This document shows positions 1-12,276 of a stretch of 64,000 bases of DNA, piece by piece (position 1 is the first letter of the stretch; every line of letters starts with the position of its first letter). A program made the position numbers and the translations under genes. The notes beneath the pieces were generated by a model that saw nothing but the letters and a program-made list of their open reading frames with translations, was not told the DNA's origin and did not search any database. The DNA lies in the NCBI RefSeq assembly GCF_009914755.1, contig NC_060938.1. The stretch is one strand, 5' to 3'. The stretch comes from the human T2T-CHM13v2.0 reference genome, Homo sapiens.

Positions 1-219
1 AGATTCCCCTACAGGGAGTGATGACTAAGTTCTCAGTTTCATTTCTCAAGTAAAGAGATTGTGGTAGGGGTGGAGGGATAAGGAGTTTTCCTTGAAGAAT
101 TTGAGTACAACACATGGAATTTTCTCTGTCAAATTATTTTACCCAAGCATTGTATAATATTTCTCTGAAATTCCCATGACTATAATAGTGGGGAATAATA
201 TAATTGTATTAATTAAACC

Positions 220-236
220 GTGTGTGTGTGTGTGTG
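220..236. repeat. (GT)n microsatellite
   Basis: About 8 GT units. Confidence 0.9.
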
Positions 237-319
237 CTGATAGAACTGATGAAAAAACAAATTAGACTAATAAAAACACCATTAATACATATTCATCATA
301 ACATATAAGATAGACACTA

Positions 320-420
320 TTATAATTTCGATTTTGCAAATTTGTTAACTAAGCCTCTTAGTGGGCTTTATTAACCAGATTAAGATCAAACAGTTAGTAA
401 ATTGTAGAGTTTAGGTCTCT
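320..420 (-). mobile_element. MIR SINE fragment (degenerate)
   Basis: attttgcaaat...aactaagcct...aagatcaaacagttagtaaattgtagag resembles the reverse-strand MIR core. Confidence 0.5.
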
Positions 421-964
421 CGTCAGAGAGACTAGCTTCACTTTCCATGTTGTACCTAATTCCTAAATTATTGCCCAGGTATAAAACACAATCAACACTA
501 GAGAGTCAAAAGTACTGGCTAACAAGGACTGTCACCTTGAGAGAGACATTGAACATCTCTGAAGGGTTGGAGTTGGCTAATTAGTAAAGTCCATGGCCGA
601 GCACAGAGGTATGAAAGTCATTTCTATCCATGAGAGAGAAGCATTAGCTTATGCTGTTTTGCTTTAAGATGCCTTGGTGAATTCCTGTTCAATGACAAGA
701 ATTGAAATTACATGAGACTTTTAACTCCTAAACCAGCCCTCTGTATAGCAGTATTGGTAAAGTATGGCAAATAAGGTTGGTCATATTATGCCTCATGATG
801 AATGGGAAACTTTATTACAATGAGTGAGGCCTGGAAGTGTGAGATGCTCAAGGTTCAATAGACAATGTGAGCCCTCAAAACACTCATTCCTAGTTGTTTG
901 CAAATGTTATTTTAAAAATTAGAGAAATTCAAAAAGCACTGTTTTAAAAGAAGAAAAATAATTA

Positions 965-1095
965 GAGTAAGACTCAATCTAGCTCCAGCTCTGTAAGAAA
1001 CTCAAACAGTGACCTTGTATGAATTATCTAAATCTCTGGGTCTTGATTTTCTTATTTTCAAAATGAAGGACTTGCGCTAGACAAACTCTGAAGTC
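965..1095 (+). mobile_element. MIR/MIR3 SINE fragment
   Basis: ccagctctg...gtgaccttg...aatctctgggtcttgattttcttattttcaaaatgaagg resembles the MIR core. Confidence 0.6.
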
Positions 1096-1888
1096 ATTAG
1101 GGAGAAGGCCTAGCTGCTGTTGTTTGGAAGATTTGTGTGTATCCTCAAAGAATGAAACATTTCCCATGTAAATTTAAGACAACTATTATTCAACATAACA
1201 GCTGAAGAACTGGTTCCAAATATTAAAACTCATCTATAATTGCAAAACATAAAAGTAATTTTAAAATAGAAAATAAAAAGAAACTTCAAGTGTTAAATGC
1301 CAAATTTCTTTTTTGATGTCACAAATTTTATTTTATTTTTTAACGAATGCATGTGAAATCAATGGAATTTATATAGGAATCCAAAGTAAATCAGAACTAG
1401 TTAATATTGAGGTTTGTAATCCAGGTAGAGTGGAATATCATTGCCCAGGGATATAGTTCCAAAAACTGTCTGATGGATACTAAATGCCTCAAATATTCTG
1501 GCTGGGATTTTCTTTCTGTGAATGTAGTTTGTCAAGAACTCTCTTCTATTGTCCCATTCCTCTCACGAAAAGTTCTTATAAAAAGCCTTAATTTAATATT
1601 CTTTCAACAATGTCTTGAGCTGTTTGGATAATAGGTGCTATATAAATCTAATAAACAAATGGTAAATGTTAGACAATATTAAATGGAGCACATTAAAACG
1701 AAGTTTCATTATGCTGTGTTTGGCTTCGGCAGTGTTCATAAACCATAGCTTGTTTAGATTAAATTCATTTCCAATATAACACCAGCTCACCACACATTTT
1801 GGAAATGATTTAAAAAATCCAAACTTAGCTTAGAATAATTACAATTTTCCTAAATGTTTTACTCTTAAGCTGCAGCTGAAGAAGTGTC

Positions 1889-2443
1889 ACTTTTAATAAT
1901 CAAAAATCTTCTTTAAAAGAAAGTCTCATTTTATTTGTAATGTTTGTTAATAAATATTAGGTCATGGGGGTACCCACAATGAAATTTAAGTTACCCAAGT
2001 AAAAAAGAGACTCAAGCGTATCTGTGCACTAAGGTGATAAGTCAAAGACATACGATGACCATGTCAAATGGTACAATCCTTTGCTTGAAGTAAGGAATTA
2101 CATTCATTTCTATTCGATAGATTGCATAATATTTAAGTATTAAGTACAAATGAGACATTTTATTATTTTAAAAATAAGCATATTCAAATATGAGTTGACC
2201 ATTTCCTAAAATATAGTCAATCACTGAGGTGAAAGAATTCAATTACTTCTTCACCTCCTTAAAAACTTGCACTTTTTCTTTTCTCCTCCTATAAAAAGTT
2301 TGATTATTCATGGTTCAACTTTTAATAATCCAAAAACTTCTTTAAAAGAAAGTCTCATTTTATTTGTAATGTTTGTTAATAAATATTAGGTCACTGGGGT
2401 ACCCACAGTGAAATTTAAATTACCCAAGTATAAAAGAGGCTCA
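1889..2443 (+). repeat. Dispersed direct duplication, ~126 bp (1889-2014 and 2318-2443)
   Basis: Both copies read acttttaataatc...aaagaaagtctcattttatttgtaatgtttgttaataaatattaggtca...ttacccaagta..aaagag.ctca with scattered substitutions. Confidence 0.95.
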
Positions 2444-2706
2444 GGGCTCTTTTATATTCTTGAGCTGTATTATCCAAACAGCTCAAGACATTGTTGCAAA
2501 GAGGTTCAAATACATGATTGTACCATCACAGACGAAATGCAATGAAGAGAAACCTAATTATCCTCACATCCAGCAACTTGTAGTGGTCAAAACTGGGGAA
2601 AAGAGTGCCCACATTACTTAGTCAATTAAATTAACTAATGGCAGACTCATCACCCAGGCCCACATCCTAGAAACCATATATCTCATACAGTATAAATAAG
2701 ATGGGA

Positions 2707-3030
2707 GGCCAGCCGTGGTGACTCATGCCTGTAATCTCAGCACTTTGGGAGGCCAAGGCAGGCGGATCACTTGAGGTCAGGAGTTTGAGACCAGCCTGGC
2801 TAATACGATGAAACCCTGTCTCTACTAAAAATACAAAAATTAGCCGGACATGGTGGCACACTCCTGTAATCCCAGCTAATTGAGAGGGTGCGACATGAGA
2901 ATTGCTTGAACCTGGGAGATAGAGTTTGCAGTGAACTGAGATCGTGCAACTGCAGTCTAGCCTGGGTGGTAGAGGGAGGCTCTGTCTCAAAAAAAAAAAA
3001 AAGTAAAAATAAAATAAATAAAAATAAAAT
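2707..3030 (+). mobile_element. Full-length AluS (Sx/Sz-like) with A/(AAAAT)n tail
   Basis: ggcc...cctgtaatctcagcactttgggaggcc, tactaaaaatacaaaaattagcc linker, poly(A) tail. Confidence 0.95.
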
Positions 3031-3161
3031 TCTCCATGAGGTCAAAATGTCTTCGTCTTATCTATAAGATGTCAATAATTCATATTTAATTCCCCCATAA
3101 TCCTGAGATGCCTCTTCTTAACTTCATTATTATTTTTCTTTTTGTGTGTGGGCCCTGATCA

Positions 3162-3288
3162 CTGAGGCAGGGGAATCACTTGAATCCAGGAGGTGGAGGT
3201 TGCGATGAGCCGAGATCGTGCCACTGCACTTCAGACTAGACAACAGAGTGAGACACTGTCTCAAAAAAAAAAAAAAAAAAAGAAAAAG
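3162..3288 (+). mobile_element. 5'-truncated Alu (right-arm fragment)
   Basis: ctgaggcaggggaatcacttgaatccaggaggtggaggttgc...gagacactgtctc followed by poly(A). Confidence 0.9.
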
Positions 3289-3733
3289 AGGAGATCCCCC
3301 AAATCCCTCCTTTATTTCTGTGAGATTGCATGGAATGAAGTGAGGATAGTAAAAGTAGGATAGATTTGAAACAGGTTATGCAATAGTAGAAATTGTGTAT
3401 GTATTTAGGGAGCCTGTCTCCTAGGCAATAGCAAACAAAATGTTCATTTATTCATTAATAGCAATAAAGCAGAGAAAAGTGATAATGTATGAAGTAGGTG
3501 GGGCCAGATGAAAGAAGTCAAAGTGTCTTTGCTCTATGGAAAATTTGGGACTTAAAGGAATGTCTTTAATTAATATGTTGATTAAATGTTGCTCACACTA
3601 AACTTAATAAATATATATGCTGAACACCAAGGAACAAGGTTGTAATTTTCACCTCCTGAGACTGAAGAACTAGAACTTTCTAAGCAGGTTGATAGGTAAT
3701 CCACAGTTTCACCAAAGACCATGAGGGGTTTAC

Positions 3734-3760
3734 GTGTGTGTGTGTGTGTGTGTGTGTGTG
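3734..3760. repeat. (GT)n microsatellite
   Basis: About 13 GT units. Confidence 0.9.
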
Positions 3761-3910
3761 GACACACATATTTGAATGGAAAACATTATTATCGTTTATA
3801 TGTAGCATTTTGAGTTTCCTGCTACAGGTAATATCAGTGTAATAGAGAAAGAGGTAAGTTAATTAGATAGTGCTAGGTGAAGGGCAAAAGCCATCCTTAA
3901 CCAAAAACCA

Positions 3911-3923
3911 TGAACTTTGACCC
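3911..3923 (-). promoter_or_regulatory. DR1 nuclear-receptor element (HNF4/COUP-TF/RXR type)
   Basis: TGAACTTTGACCC, which is GGGTCA-A-AGTTCA on the minus strand; motif match only. Confidence 0.3.
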
Positions 3924-5244
3924 GCATCTATGGTATTGATAAAGGAGCACCAAACAAAAGAGATTTTACAGTTTCTGCTACAACTTAGCTAAATTAAAGG
4001 CAACATTTTCCAGAGACCAGGGCTTCTACTCTCCTTGAATGCAGACAGAATTCTCAGAATGACTTGAGTTTGTTTTACTTTGGCCATAGTAATTCAGTAG
4101 CATCCTTCTTTTGCTTCCCAGTGTCCTGGAAACATAAATGTCAAGCCACAAAAATTTTGAGTGGTTTCTACCTTCTTGTTGAGTCTCTTTTCTTGTAGGG
4201 AAGAATCAACACTAGACGATGGGCATGGAAACAACTCTGTGAGATAGCTCTGACACTTATGAAAATCGAAACTTGTTAAGGGAAATGAGAGGATCATATG
4301 CATATATACACACAAACACACACCAGAAACTTCATGTGAAAATATTTCTATTTTTATCCTGACCACCTAGAAGACTGTCAGCCAGTTAATACATTATCAA
4401 TAATTATTTTTAATATAAGAATAATGGAAGTAAGGTTTTAGACTACAATTTTCTTTGCAGATCAGAAAAGAAACATCAATTAGTGAGCTCTAAAGTAGAT
4501 AGGGACGTCTTCACAGCCAAGACCAGTTTGCCACATGGTTAGATTTACATAAGAAGAGAGATATATTGAGGGCATTTCATGACATGAGAAAAATGTGGGA
4601 AATACAGTAAGCAAGACTTGTGTTAAGAACAGTGAGTGCAAGGACCTGACCAGGGGAGTGACTTTAGCTGGCAGTCATTACCCATATAGGAACGTATGAG
4701 GTAGGGACAAGAGATAGTTTGACTTTTTGAAAAGACTAATTGCTCTGTTGCAGTCAATGGACTTTTTTCCTTTACATGCAGTGGTTAAGTGGCATACCGA
4801 AGATATGAGGTTTGGTGTTTGGGACATTTTTATAAGACATATTTTATTATTATTGTTATTTTTATGCAGAGTAAAGCAAATCTTTAAAGTTAGGTGTGGC
4901 TTCATCTTATCAAATGTTTCCAAGCCACTTGTTTATAGACTATAGTAGATATTGTGGGTATCGTACCCAGTGAAATTCCTACTTTTCCCCATCATAAACA
5001 TTTTATAATTTTATTTAGGTATACACCCCACTCCCACACACCCTTAGACCACGTACTTTGCGGATGTTTACCGTGACTTCTGCAAGAACCTGAATGCTTT
5101 GGAGGTGCTTCACTCACTACCTCCCACAATCCTATGCCACAATGCTTTTTTCAAGAATTAATGTCTAAAGTAACCATCAGTTGATTTGTTGGGGTTTTTT
5201 TCTTCACTGTACAGCAGGGATTGATTCAAAAATAGCAATATGAC

Positions 5245-5609
5245 ACCATGACCTGAATGCTTTTATCCCTCCTAAATTCATATGTTGAAACCTAATCACC
5301 AATGTGATAAAATTAGGAGGTGAGGTCTTTGGAATGTGATTAGATCATGAAGGCAGAGGTCTCATGAATTGGAGTAGTGCCCTTTTAAAATGGACCCAAG
5401 GGAGCTAGCTCACCCCTTTTACCATGTGAGGACACAAAGAGAGGCGCTGTCTATGAACCTGGGAAGGGGCCCTCCTCAGACACCATATTTTCTAGTGCTC
5501 TTTGATTTTGATCATTCTATCCTCCAGAACTCTAAGAAATAGATGTCTGGTCTTTATACACTACCCAGTCAATGGCATTTTGTTTTAGCAGCTCAAACAG
5601 ACTAAGACA
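5245..5609 (+). mobile_element. MaLR solo LTR, MLT1A/MLT1A0-like
   Basis: aaattcatatgttgaaacctaatcaccaatgtgat...ccatgtgaggacac...gcagctcaaacagactaagaca. Confidence 0.85.
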
Positions 5610-5639
5610 GTGACCAAATTCAGGCAATTATAATAAAGA

Positions 5640-6262
5640 CAATATTTTTGTTATGAAACCTTGGAAAAGACATCTTCTTTCCCTTGAGAGAAAACCATCT
5701 AAAGAAAGAAAGAAAGAAGAAAAGAAGGAAAGGAAAGAAGAGGAGGAGGGAGGGGAGGGGAGGAGAGGGGATGGGAAGGGGGGAGGGGGAGGTGAGGGGA
5801 GAGGAGGGGAGATGCTTTCTTTTCCCCTGAATGACTGACTATGTAGTTGAGAAGCCTAAAACTGCAGCCTTTATTTTTGCAACTACTTAGAAGCAGAACA
5901 AAGGCCAACTAAATTAAGCCCAAAGTTAGACTTGAGTCAACTCTGGACTTCTAATATATAAGGAGGGAAGGAAGGAAGGAAGGGAGGGAGGGAGGGAAAA
6001 GGAAAGAAAAGAAAAGAAAAGAGAAAAGGAAAGAAAGCTTTCTTTTCCCCTGAGTAACTGAGTATGTAGTTGAGAAGCCTAAAACTGCAGCCTTTATTTT
6101 TGCAATCACTTAGAAGCAGAACAAAGGCCACTAAATTAAACCCAACATTAGACTTGGGCCACCTCTGGACTTATAATATATGCATCCCTAAATTTTCCTG
6201 TGCTTGTAAAGCTTATATCTGATTTTCTGTCACCTGCAGCTGAAGCCCTCCTAATTAAAATA
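5640..6262 (+). mobile_element. Old MaLR LTR (MLT1J/K-like) containing purine tracts and an internal duplication
   Basis: 3' end ttttctgtcacctgcagctgaagccctcctaatt and ccacctctggactt resemble the MLT1J/K terminus; 5' boundary uncertain. Confidence 0.5.
5701..6181 (+). repeat. Tandem duplication: purine tract plus ~146 bp unit (5814-5959 and 6037-6181)
   Basis: gctttcttttcccctga...tatgtagttgagaagcctaaaactgcagcctttatttttgcaa...ctctggactt.taatatat occurs twice, each after a GA-rich microsatellite. Confidence 0.95.
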
Positions 6263-7239
6263 TAGAACCTAAAAAAAAACCCACACAGATCCAATTAGAG
6301 GATTAAGCATAGATTATGATTTTGTTCATATGTTATTCTATGCCAATCTCTCATAAAACATTTATGTGCAGATATTTTATGGTACAGATTGAACTTTTAG
6401 TATCCTAAAATCTTTCTATAATATGACACAATTTCTTGTTAGCAAAAGACAAACTTAATTAACTCTGAACATTCCTGTTACTTTAGATAAATCCAATGGC
6501 ATGTCCTTGGAGTAAAGTAATTGGCTTCTTAGTATAATGCATATTATACTAATTATAATACAACTTCTAAACATGACAGAATACATGTGCCTTAAATTAA
6601 CTTCATTTGAATTTAGGGAGAGTAGGATGATACCTTCAAATTTATATTTTCTTTAAAAGTAGACTTCTCCCAATTCTTGTTATTTATCCACTCAAATGAA
6701 TATGTTTCTCTAAGGTAATCGAAGTGTCAAGGAGAACCACAGGATCTGCAGAGTCTGAGAAGGACCATAACATCAAATTTGATTTAAACATATTTCAAAG
6801 CATGAGAAAAATAAATGCTAGTTGCATGCCTTTTTGAAAAATACTTTTTCATAAGTTTATTGAAACATTTGAAGGACTTTTATGGATCTTAGCTTTATGA
6901 TAAATAAGCTGTGCACTTTGCTTGCACACACTAAAAACCACTTAAAGTGGAAGCAGAACTGAGTAGATATGATGTCATTTGAAAACACAGTGCTTGATTC
7001 TCCAGTGTGTAGTTGCTTGAAACCTGCCTTTGTGGTATGGGGAATGATTTTATTTACTTAAAGTAAGTATTATGATGAAAGATTGATTTGGTCCCATAAA
7101 TTTTGCCTATTATCTCTCTGCCTTAAAAAGGCAAAGTTTATATTTAGTGGTGTTATGATCAGACCAACTGTGTTTTGCTGTTATCATTCCCATCATCAAG
7201 AACTCCCATGTTTATGGCAATGATAAGATGGGCTCAAAC

Positions 7240-7400
7240 TGGAGGTTGTTTGAAAATTTAAAATCAAACTGCTCTTACCAGATGGGTCAGCTTGAGGGAA
7301 GATGATATGACTTGCCAAAGCCCCAGTTGCTTATTTCAAGAACTGTGACAAAGATCCTGAGTTTCCAAACATCAGGCCAGCACAATTCATCACTACTTTT
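7240..7400 (-). mobile_element. MIR fragment
   Basis: Minus strand ...ctttggcaagtcatatcatcttccctcaagctgacccatctggtaaga resembles MIR ttgggcaagtcacttaacctctctgagcctcagtttcctcatctgtaaa. Confidence 0.5.
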
Positions 7401-8203
7401 CTAAACATCCAAGTATATTAGGGCAAAGAAGCTCTGATCCTAAAATAATTGTAATTATTTTAATAAAATCGTTATAGTGTATTACTATTTGTAATAAACT
7501 TATATACAGGCTGCACATATATATTGTAAGTTAGTATTTATCAGCTAGCATTTGATGTTAATATTGTGGCAACACATATTACAACCTATGCTCATTGAAG
7601 TTTAATAGCAAATATGGCACACAATCAATAAGTACAAAAATATAGACTTGAATCCTGAAATTACTAAATTCATGACCTGCTAGTTAAACCTGCTCTAAAA
7701 ATACATTACTACAAAAGTTTGGGAGAAGAAGTGAGGGTCCCCAATTTAACCTACACATATTATTTTCCCTGCTTAAGGATCTACCTATCAATCACTGAAA
7801 AATTTTCTTTACAAAGACAGCTTTTCTTTCAATATTTCTTAGGGTTTATCTTTCTTCTTTCCCTTTCATGAAGCCAAGGGTCTAGATTTCTTTTGGGATG
7901 CAATTCAAAGCCACTTATATTTTATTCTCTGAGCACTGCAGCTAGGCATGTGTTATGTGATGCTAACGATCTTGGGCCACACTTGAATAGATAAAGAAAT
8001 GACAGACCACAGGTGAGAAGCTTCTATTTTTTGCAGAAAATTTTGGAATATAGACACAGGAGGTTCTCATTAGTCCCTGTTAGGAGGTTGAACAAAGAAG
8101 TCAAGGAATGTCAAGTGGCCATGTTCACATCAAAATAAAGAAAGCTGTTCTTCAGGGAGAAAGAAAAAACAAAGAAAGAGAGAATATCTGGACCATGAAA
8201 AGC

Positions 8204-8234
<31 letters not shown>

Positions 8235-8454
8235 CCACTGGCTGAGAGATGGATAGAATAGAATCACTGGTTCCTAATTATTTCCCAGTTGCAGGTTCAG
8301 TCCAGTATGAGGTGCCACTGAATATACATTTCTCTCCTCCATGAGAAATCTCCAAATGCACCCAATAAATTGCCTTTAAGTAAGATGAATACATTTTGTT
8401 GCAATAAAAACAAATCATATCTTTTGAGAACCACACACACACAAAAACAGTGAC

Positions 8455-8587
8455 TTTTGAGGCTGAGGTGGGTGAATAACTTGAGCCCAGGAGGCTCAAG
8501 TTTGAGGCTTCAGTGAGCTCTGATCACACCACTGTACTCCAGCCTGGACAACACAGCAGGACACCATTTCTTAAAAAAAAAAGAAAA
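8455..8587 (+). mobile_element. Old Alu monomer (FRAM/AluJ right arm), followed by an L1M 3'-end remnant (to ~8630)
   Basis: gaggctgaggtgggtg...ttgagcccaggagg...cagtgagctctgatcacaccactgtactccagcctgg plus A tail; then ttatataaattataccccaataaagct. Confidence 0.8.
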
Positions 8588-8887
8588 GGGAACTTTTATG
8601 TTATATAAATTATACCCCAATAAAGCTTCATAAAAATAATAATACACCTATTAAGTTACGGATCTTGAATATGGACCTATTCTATCTGGCCTTAAAACTG
8701 AGTATGCCAATCAACATTAATTTTTATGTAGAGAATGAATTTTGTAGATATATTATTCTGCACCTGTTAATCCTTGCAGTGGCTGTCTGGGTAGCCAGGT
8801 AAAAATGATTACCTCAATACTGACGATGAGGTGCAATGGCTTTATGTAAGTGACAATTAAGAAGACAGAACTTTAGTGTTTGGAGAC

Positions 8888-9393
8888 TGTTGGGAACAGG
8901 CCCCCAAATCTGGCCATAAACTGGCCCCAAAACTGGCCACAAACAAAATCTCTGCAGCACTGTGACATGTTCGTGATGGCCATGACGCCCACGCTAAGGC
9001 TGTGAGTTTACCGGAATGAGGGCAAGGAACACCTGGCCCTCCCAGGGCGGAAAACCACTTACAGGCGTTCCTAAGCCACAAACAATAACATGAGTGATCT
9101 GCACCTTAAGTACATGATCCTGCTGCAGATAACTAGCCAGACCCATCCCTTTGTTTCGGCCCATCCCTTCGGTTCCCGTAAGGAATACTTTTAGTTAATC
9201 TATAATCTATAGAAACAATGCTTATCACTGGCTTGCTGTCAATACATATGTGGGTAAATCTCTGTTTGAGACTCTCAGCTCTGAAGGCTGTGAGACCCGT
9301 GATTTCCCACTCCACATGCTATATTTCTGTGTGTGTCTTTAATTCCTCTAGCTCCGCTGGGTTAGGGTCTCCACCTCAGAGCTCCTCTCGGCA
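8888..9393 (+). mobile_element. MER9 (HERV-K HML-3 / HERVK9) solo LTR
   Basis: Starts TGTTGGGAACAGGCCCCCAAATCTGGCCATAAACTGGCCCC, ends ...ggCA; perfect 6-bp TSD GGAGAC at 8882-8887 and 9394-9399. Confidence 0.9.
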
Positions 9394-11789
9394 GGAGACA
9401 GGAACGAACACCAAGCTTTGCTTTTAAAACCAGAGTGTCTTACTGCTTCATACCACTGCTAAGTAGATTTAGTAGTGAATATATTTTTTGTACTTGTCAT
9501 TCATATGTTAATAATTTTTACCACTTGGAATTTGTTTTAATAAATAGCAAATTCTTTATTTTGCATGCTAAAGTCTGTGAAAGTGCTTGTGTTAAAATAA
9601 AATTTACAGACACATGATGAGCCTACCTACATATAAGATTAATCACAAGTTTATTTTCTGAAAATGACAGCAATTTAACCTCCCTAAGTCACCTAATTCC
9701 ACATTTCAGTTCCTTAAAAAGAAAGGTTCCTAACAATTAAAGTTATTTAAACATGGAGTTAGCAAAGAAATCAGCATATTGCATGCACACACAAAGTGTG
9801 TTCCAAGCTAATGTATTAAACCAATATGGAAGTGTAGTCATGACCAATATATTTTCTAAATATTGATTCACTGGCAAACCAATATCTTTTGCCTATAGTT
9901 TTTCAATTCATATGGAACTCATTCATTATCCTAGCCCACATCTACAACACAAACAAATCAATGAGCTGTGTGCACCAACCAATATATTAAACTTGTACTT
10001 CAATAAAATTGTTGGGTGCAACTATTTTTTCACATATGTGGCCATCTAATTTTGTCAGGCTCTCACAAATAATAATTTTGACTTTTTAAAAAATGCCATT
10101 AAATTTGGGAGATTAAAATTACAATGTAGGCTTTCTCTCCATTTTTTGTGCCAAATATGTACACTGGATGTTAGGAGATTTTCTAGCTCCATGAATTCTT
10201 GATAAGTTAGTAGTAGATATGGAAAAACTAACTTTACCAATTTTTAACCCCAAAATATAGGTAAAAATAGTATCAGAAGAAAGCCGGGTATTAGAATGGG
10301 CCAGAATATCTATCATTTTCTGGTTCAGATGAGAGCAGCTTGTGAAAAGAAAGTAATTACTGCTTTATGCCACTAGGTTATTATTGAGAGATGACTAATT
10401 TCTTTGGTTCTTACACAATAATAGAAGCTCACACTTTCACTTAAAACTAATAGAGATTTTTCATAGAGATCACTAACTTCTTATTTGGTTAGAAATATGC
10501 ATTGTTCATTAGTGGGGCTGTATTTGTATTTTTCTTTCAAGTTTTTACCACAGTTTTCAAGTTGACTTCATATCCAAGATGAAATTGAAACTAAAGTACA
10601 GCTCATTAGAACTCATGCAGGCTGATAGCTTCAATGGTGAAAGCCATCTGCATGATGACCCCATGTAACTTCTCTTCCTGGGAGAAAGGACTCCACCTTG
10701 ATATTGGGCATGATACCTTCTGCTATCTCCATGCCTAATAAATACACCAGACTTTAGAGGCCACGTTTTGGTACATCTTTTTAAGAGATCCAACCCGCTA
10801 TAAAAAGTGACATTAACCTTTAATTTAACTTCTTTCTGTCTCTTAGTCTAGACTGCTGGATTTCTCACTCAGTATAAAATCATGCAGCGTGTTATTGGAA
10901 TGTCATCAGCATGAATAATGGATCCCATGCTTGTAGAGATGAACCTCAGGAAGAAAGGTTACCAATATGGCCTTTATAGTTCACACAGGCATTTTGAATG
11001 GAATATTCCAGACATCCAAAGCACTGAACGGGACTGGTTTGAAAAGTTATGACCACACTTTAAAAAATACCACAAATTTCGAACCCTCCAAGGATAGCAA
11101 ACAGATTATAGGAATATATTAATAAGCATTAGTATGGTTCTTAAAAGTGAACTTTGACTTTTCTATTTTTCTGTTAGTGAAATTAAAATGGATGGAGGTT
11201 CTTGGCAGTGTATGGTTCCCATAAAAATGGCACCTGCAGCCCTGGTTGTTCTTAAGATATTGGATCTTAGGATATTCGGCTCAAAGTATAATAGCGAATT
11301 TCAATTATAAGTGATGTTTCTCAGAAATGTGACATCTACCTGTCACATATACAGCTGCAATTTCCTTACAGTTATTTGTGTCTTCCTAGAATTCTGCTAT
11401 CGTACTTGCATTTGTTGCATTTGTAAAAAATATACATTTGACTCTTGAATAGAAAGAATATAACTGTTTTACTTTAAATAAATTAGCGTAAGTATTAATC
11501 AGATTGTTTCACTATTTAACATGCGTGGTTTTATTTCACTCACTAGTAATGTCATATGCCACAGACTGATGGAAAAATCTAGCTATTCTGTGATGCTTAT
11601 TTTTAAAATTGCATTACATTATTAGGACAATTTTTGAGAGTTCAAAGAAGAGTTTACATGGTTACTGGCAGCCCGACCTTCAATGGCAGAGGAAAGCCTC
11701 CTAACCCAACATGAATTATTTCTTCAGCAGAGGTATAAAAGACTAATGGAAAGTGGACCAAGTCAAAGGAAGGATAGTGTGCCATGCCA

Positions 11790-12276
11790 GATAGCACAAT
11801 TTTGTGACTTTTTCAGGAACTTTCCTCCTCCACTATGCTCTCTTTCCTGGAAGGCTGACTTGCAGGGATTCCATGAACATTCTCATACCTTTAATCATTT
11901 GGCAGGGGTTCTTCCAAAGAGCAGAAGAACAGAAGAAATAGGCAGGTTAAGTCAGAATTTTGAGTCCCACCCCACCACCCCACTCCCCGCCCAGCTTTTG
12001 CCTTTCAAGGGTACCTCAAGCTAGTCCTGTTTGTCTCCCAAAGGGGACTATTCCACTCAAAAGAGTTGATACACAATTCTCTTTGTGATAGCCACTCCCT
12101 CTTCCTTACTCTTTTAAGCATAGGAGTAATAACACTTTTGTTACCACAAGCTCTGGATTAATGCACTATTCCTTCTGAGTTTGCTACACCTTTATAAATT
12201 AGCCCCATTTGTAAATAAACTTTGTTTTATCCTATTTTCCATAGTCCATCTGTTTCCTGTTGGGACCAAACTGATC
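11790..12276 (+). mobile_element. ERVL LTR33-like remnant
   Basis: 3' end gcactattcctt...acacctttataaattagcccc...ccatctgtttcctgttgggacc..actgat resembles the LTR33 terminus; 5' edge uncertain. Confidence 0.6.

Noticed and set aside
8204-8228. Orphan A25 tract as a processed-pseudogene tail
   Set aside because: No poly(A) signal, no convincing TSD and no recognisable upstream mRNA sequence.
11328-11349. Short hairpins (atgtgaca/tgtcacat here; similar at ~19768 and 57605)
   Set aside because: Stems of 8-9 bp are expected by chance in 64 kb.
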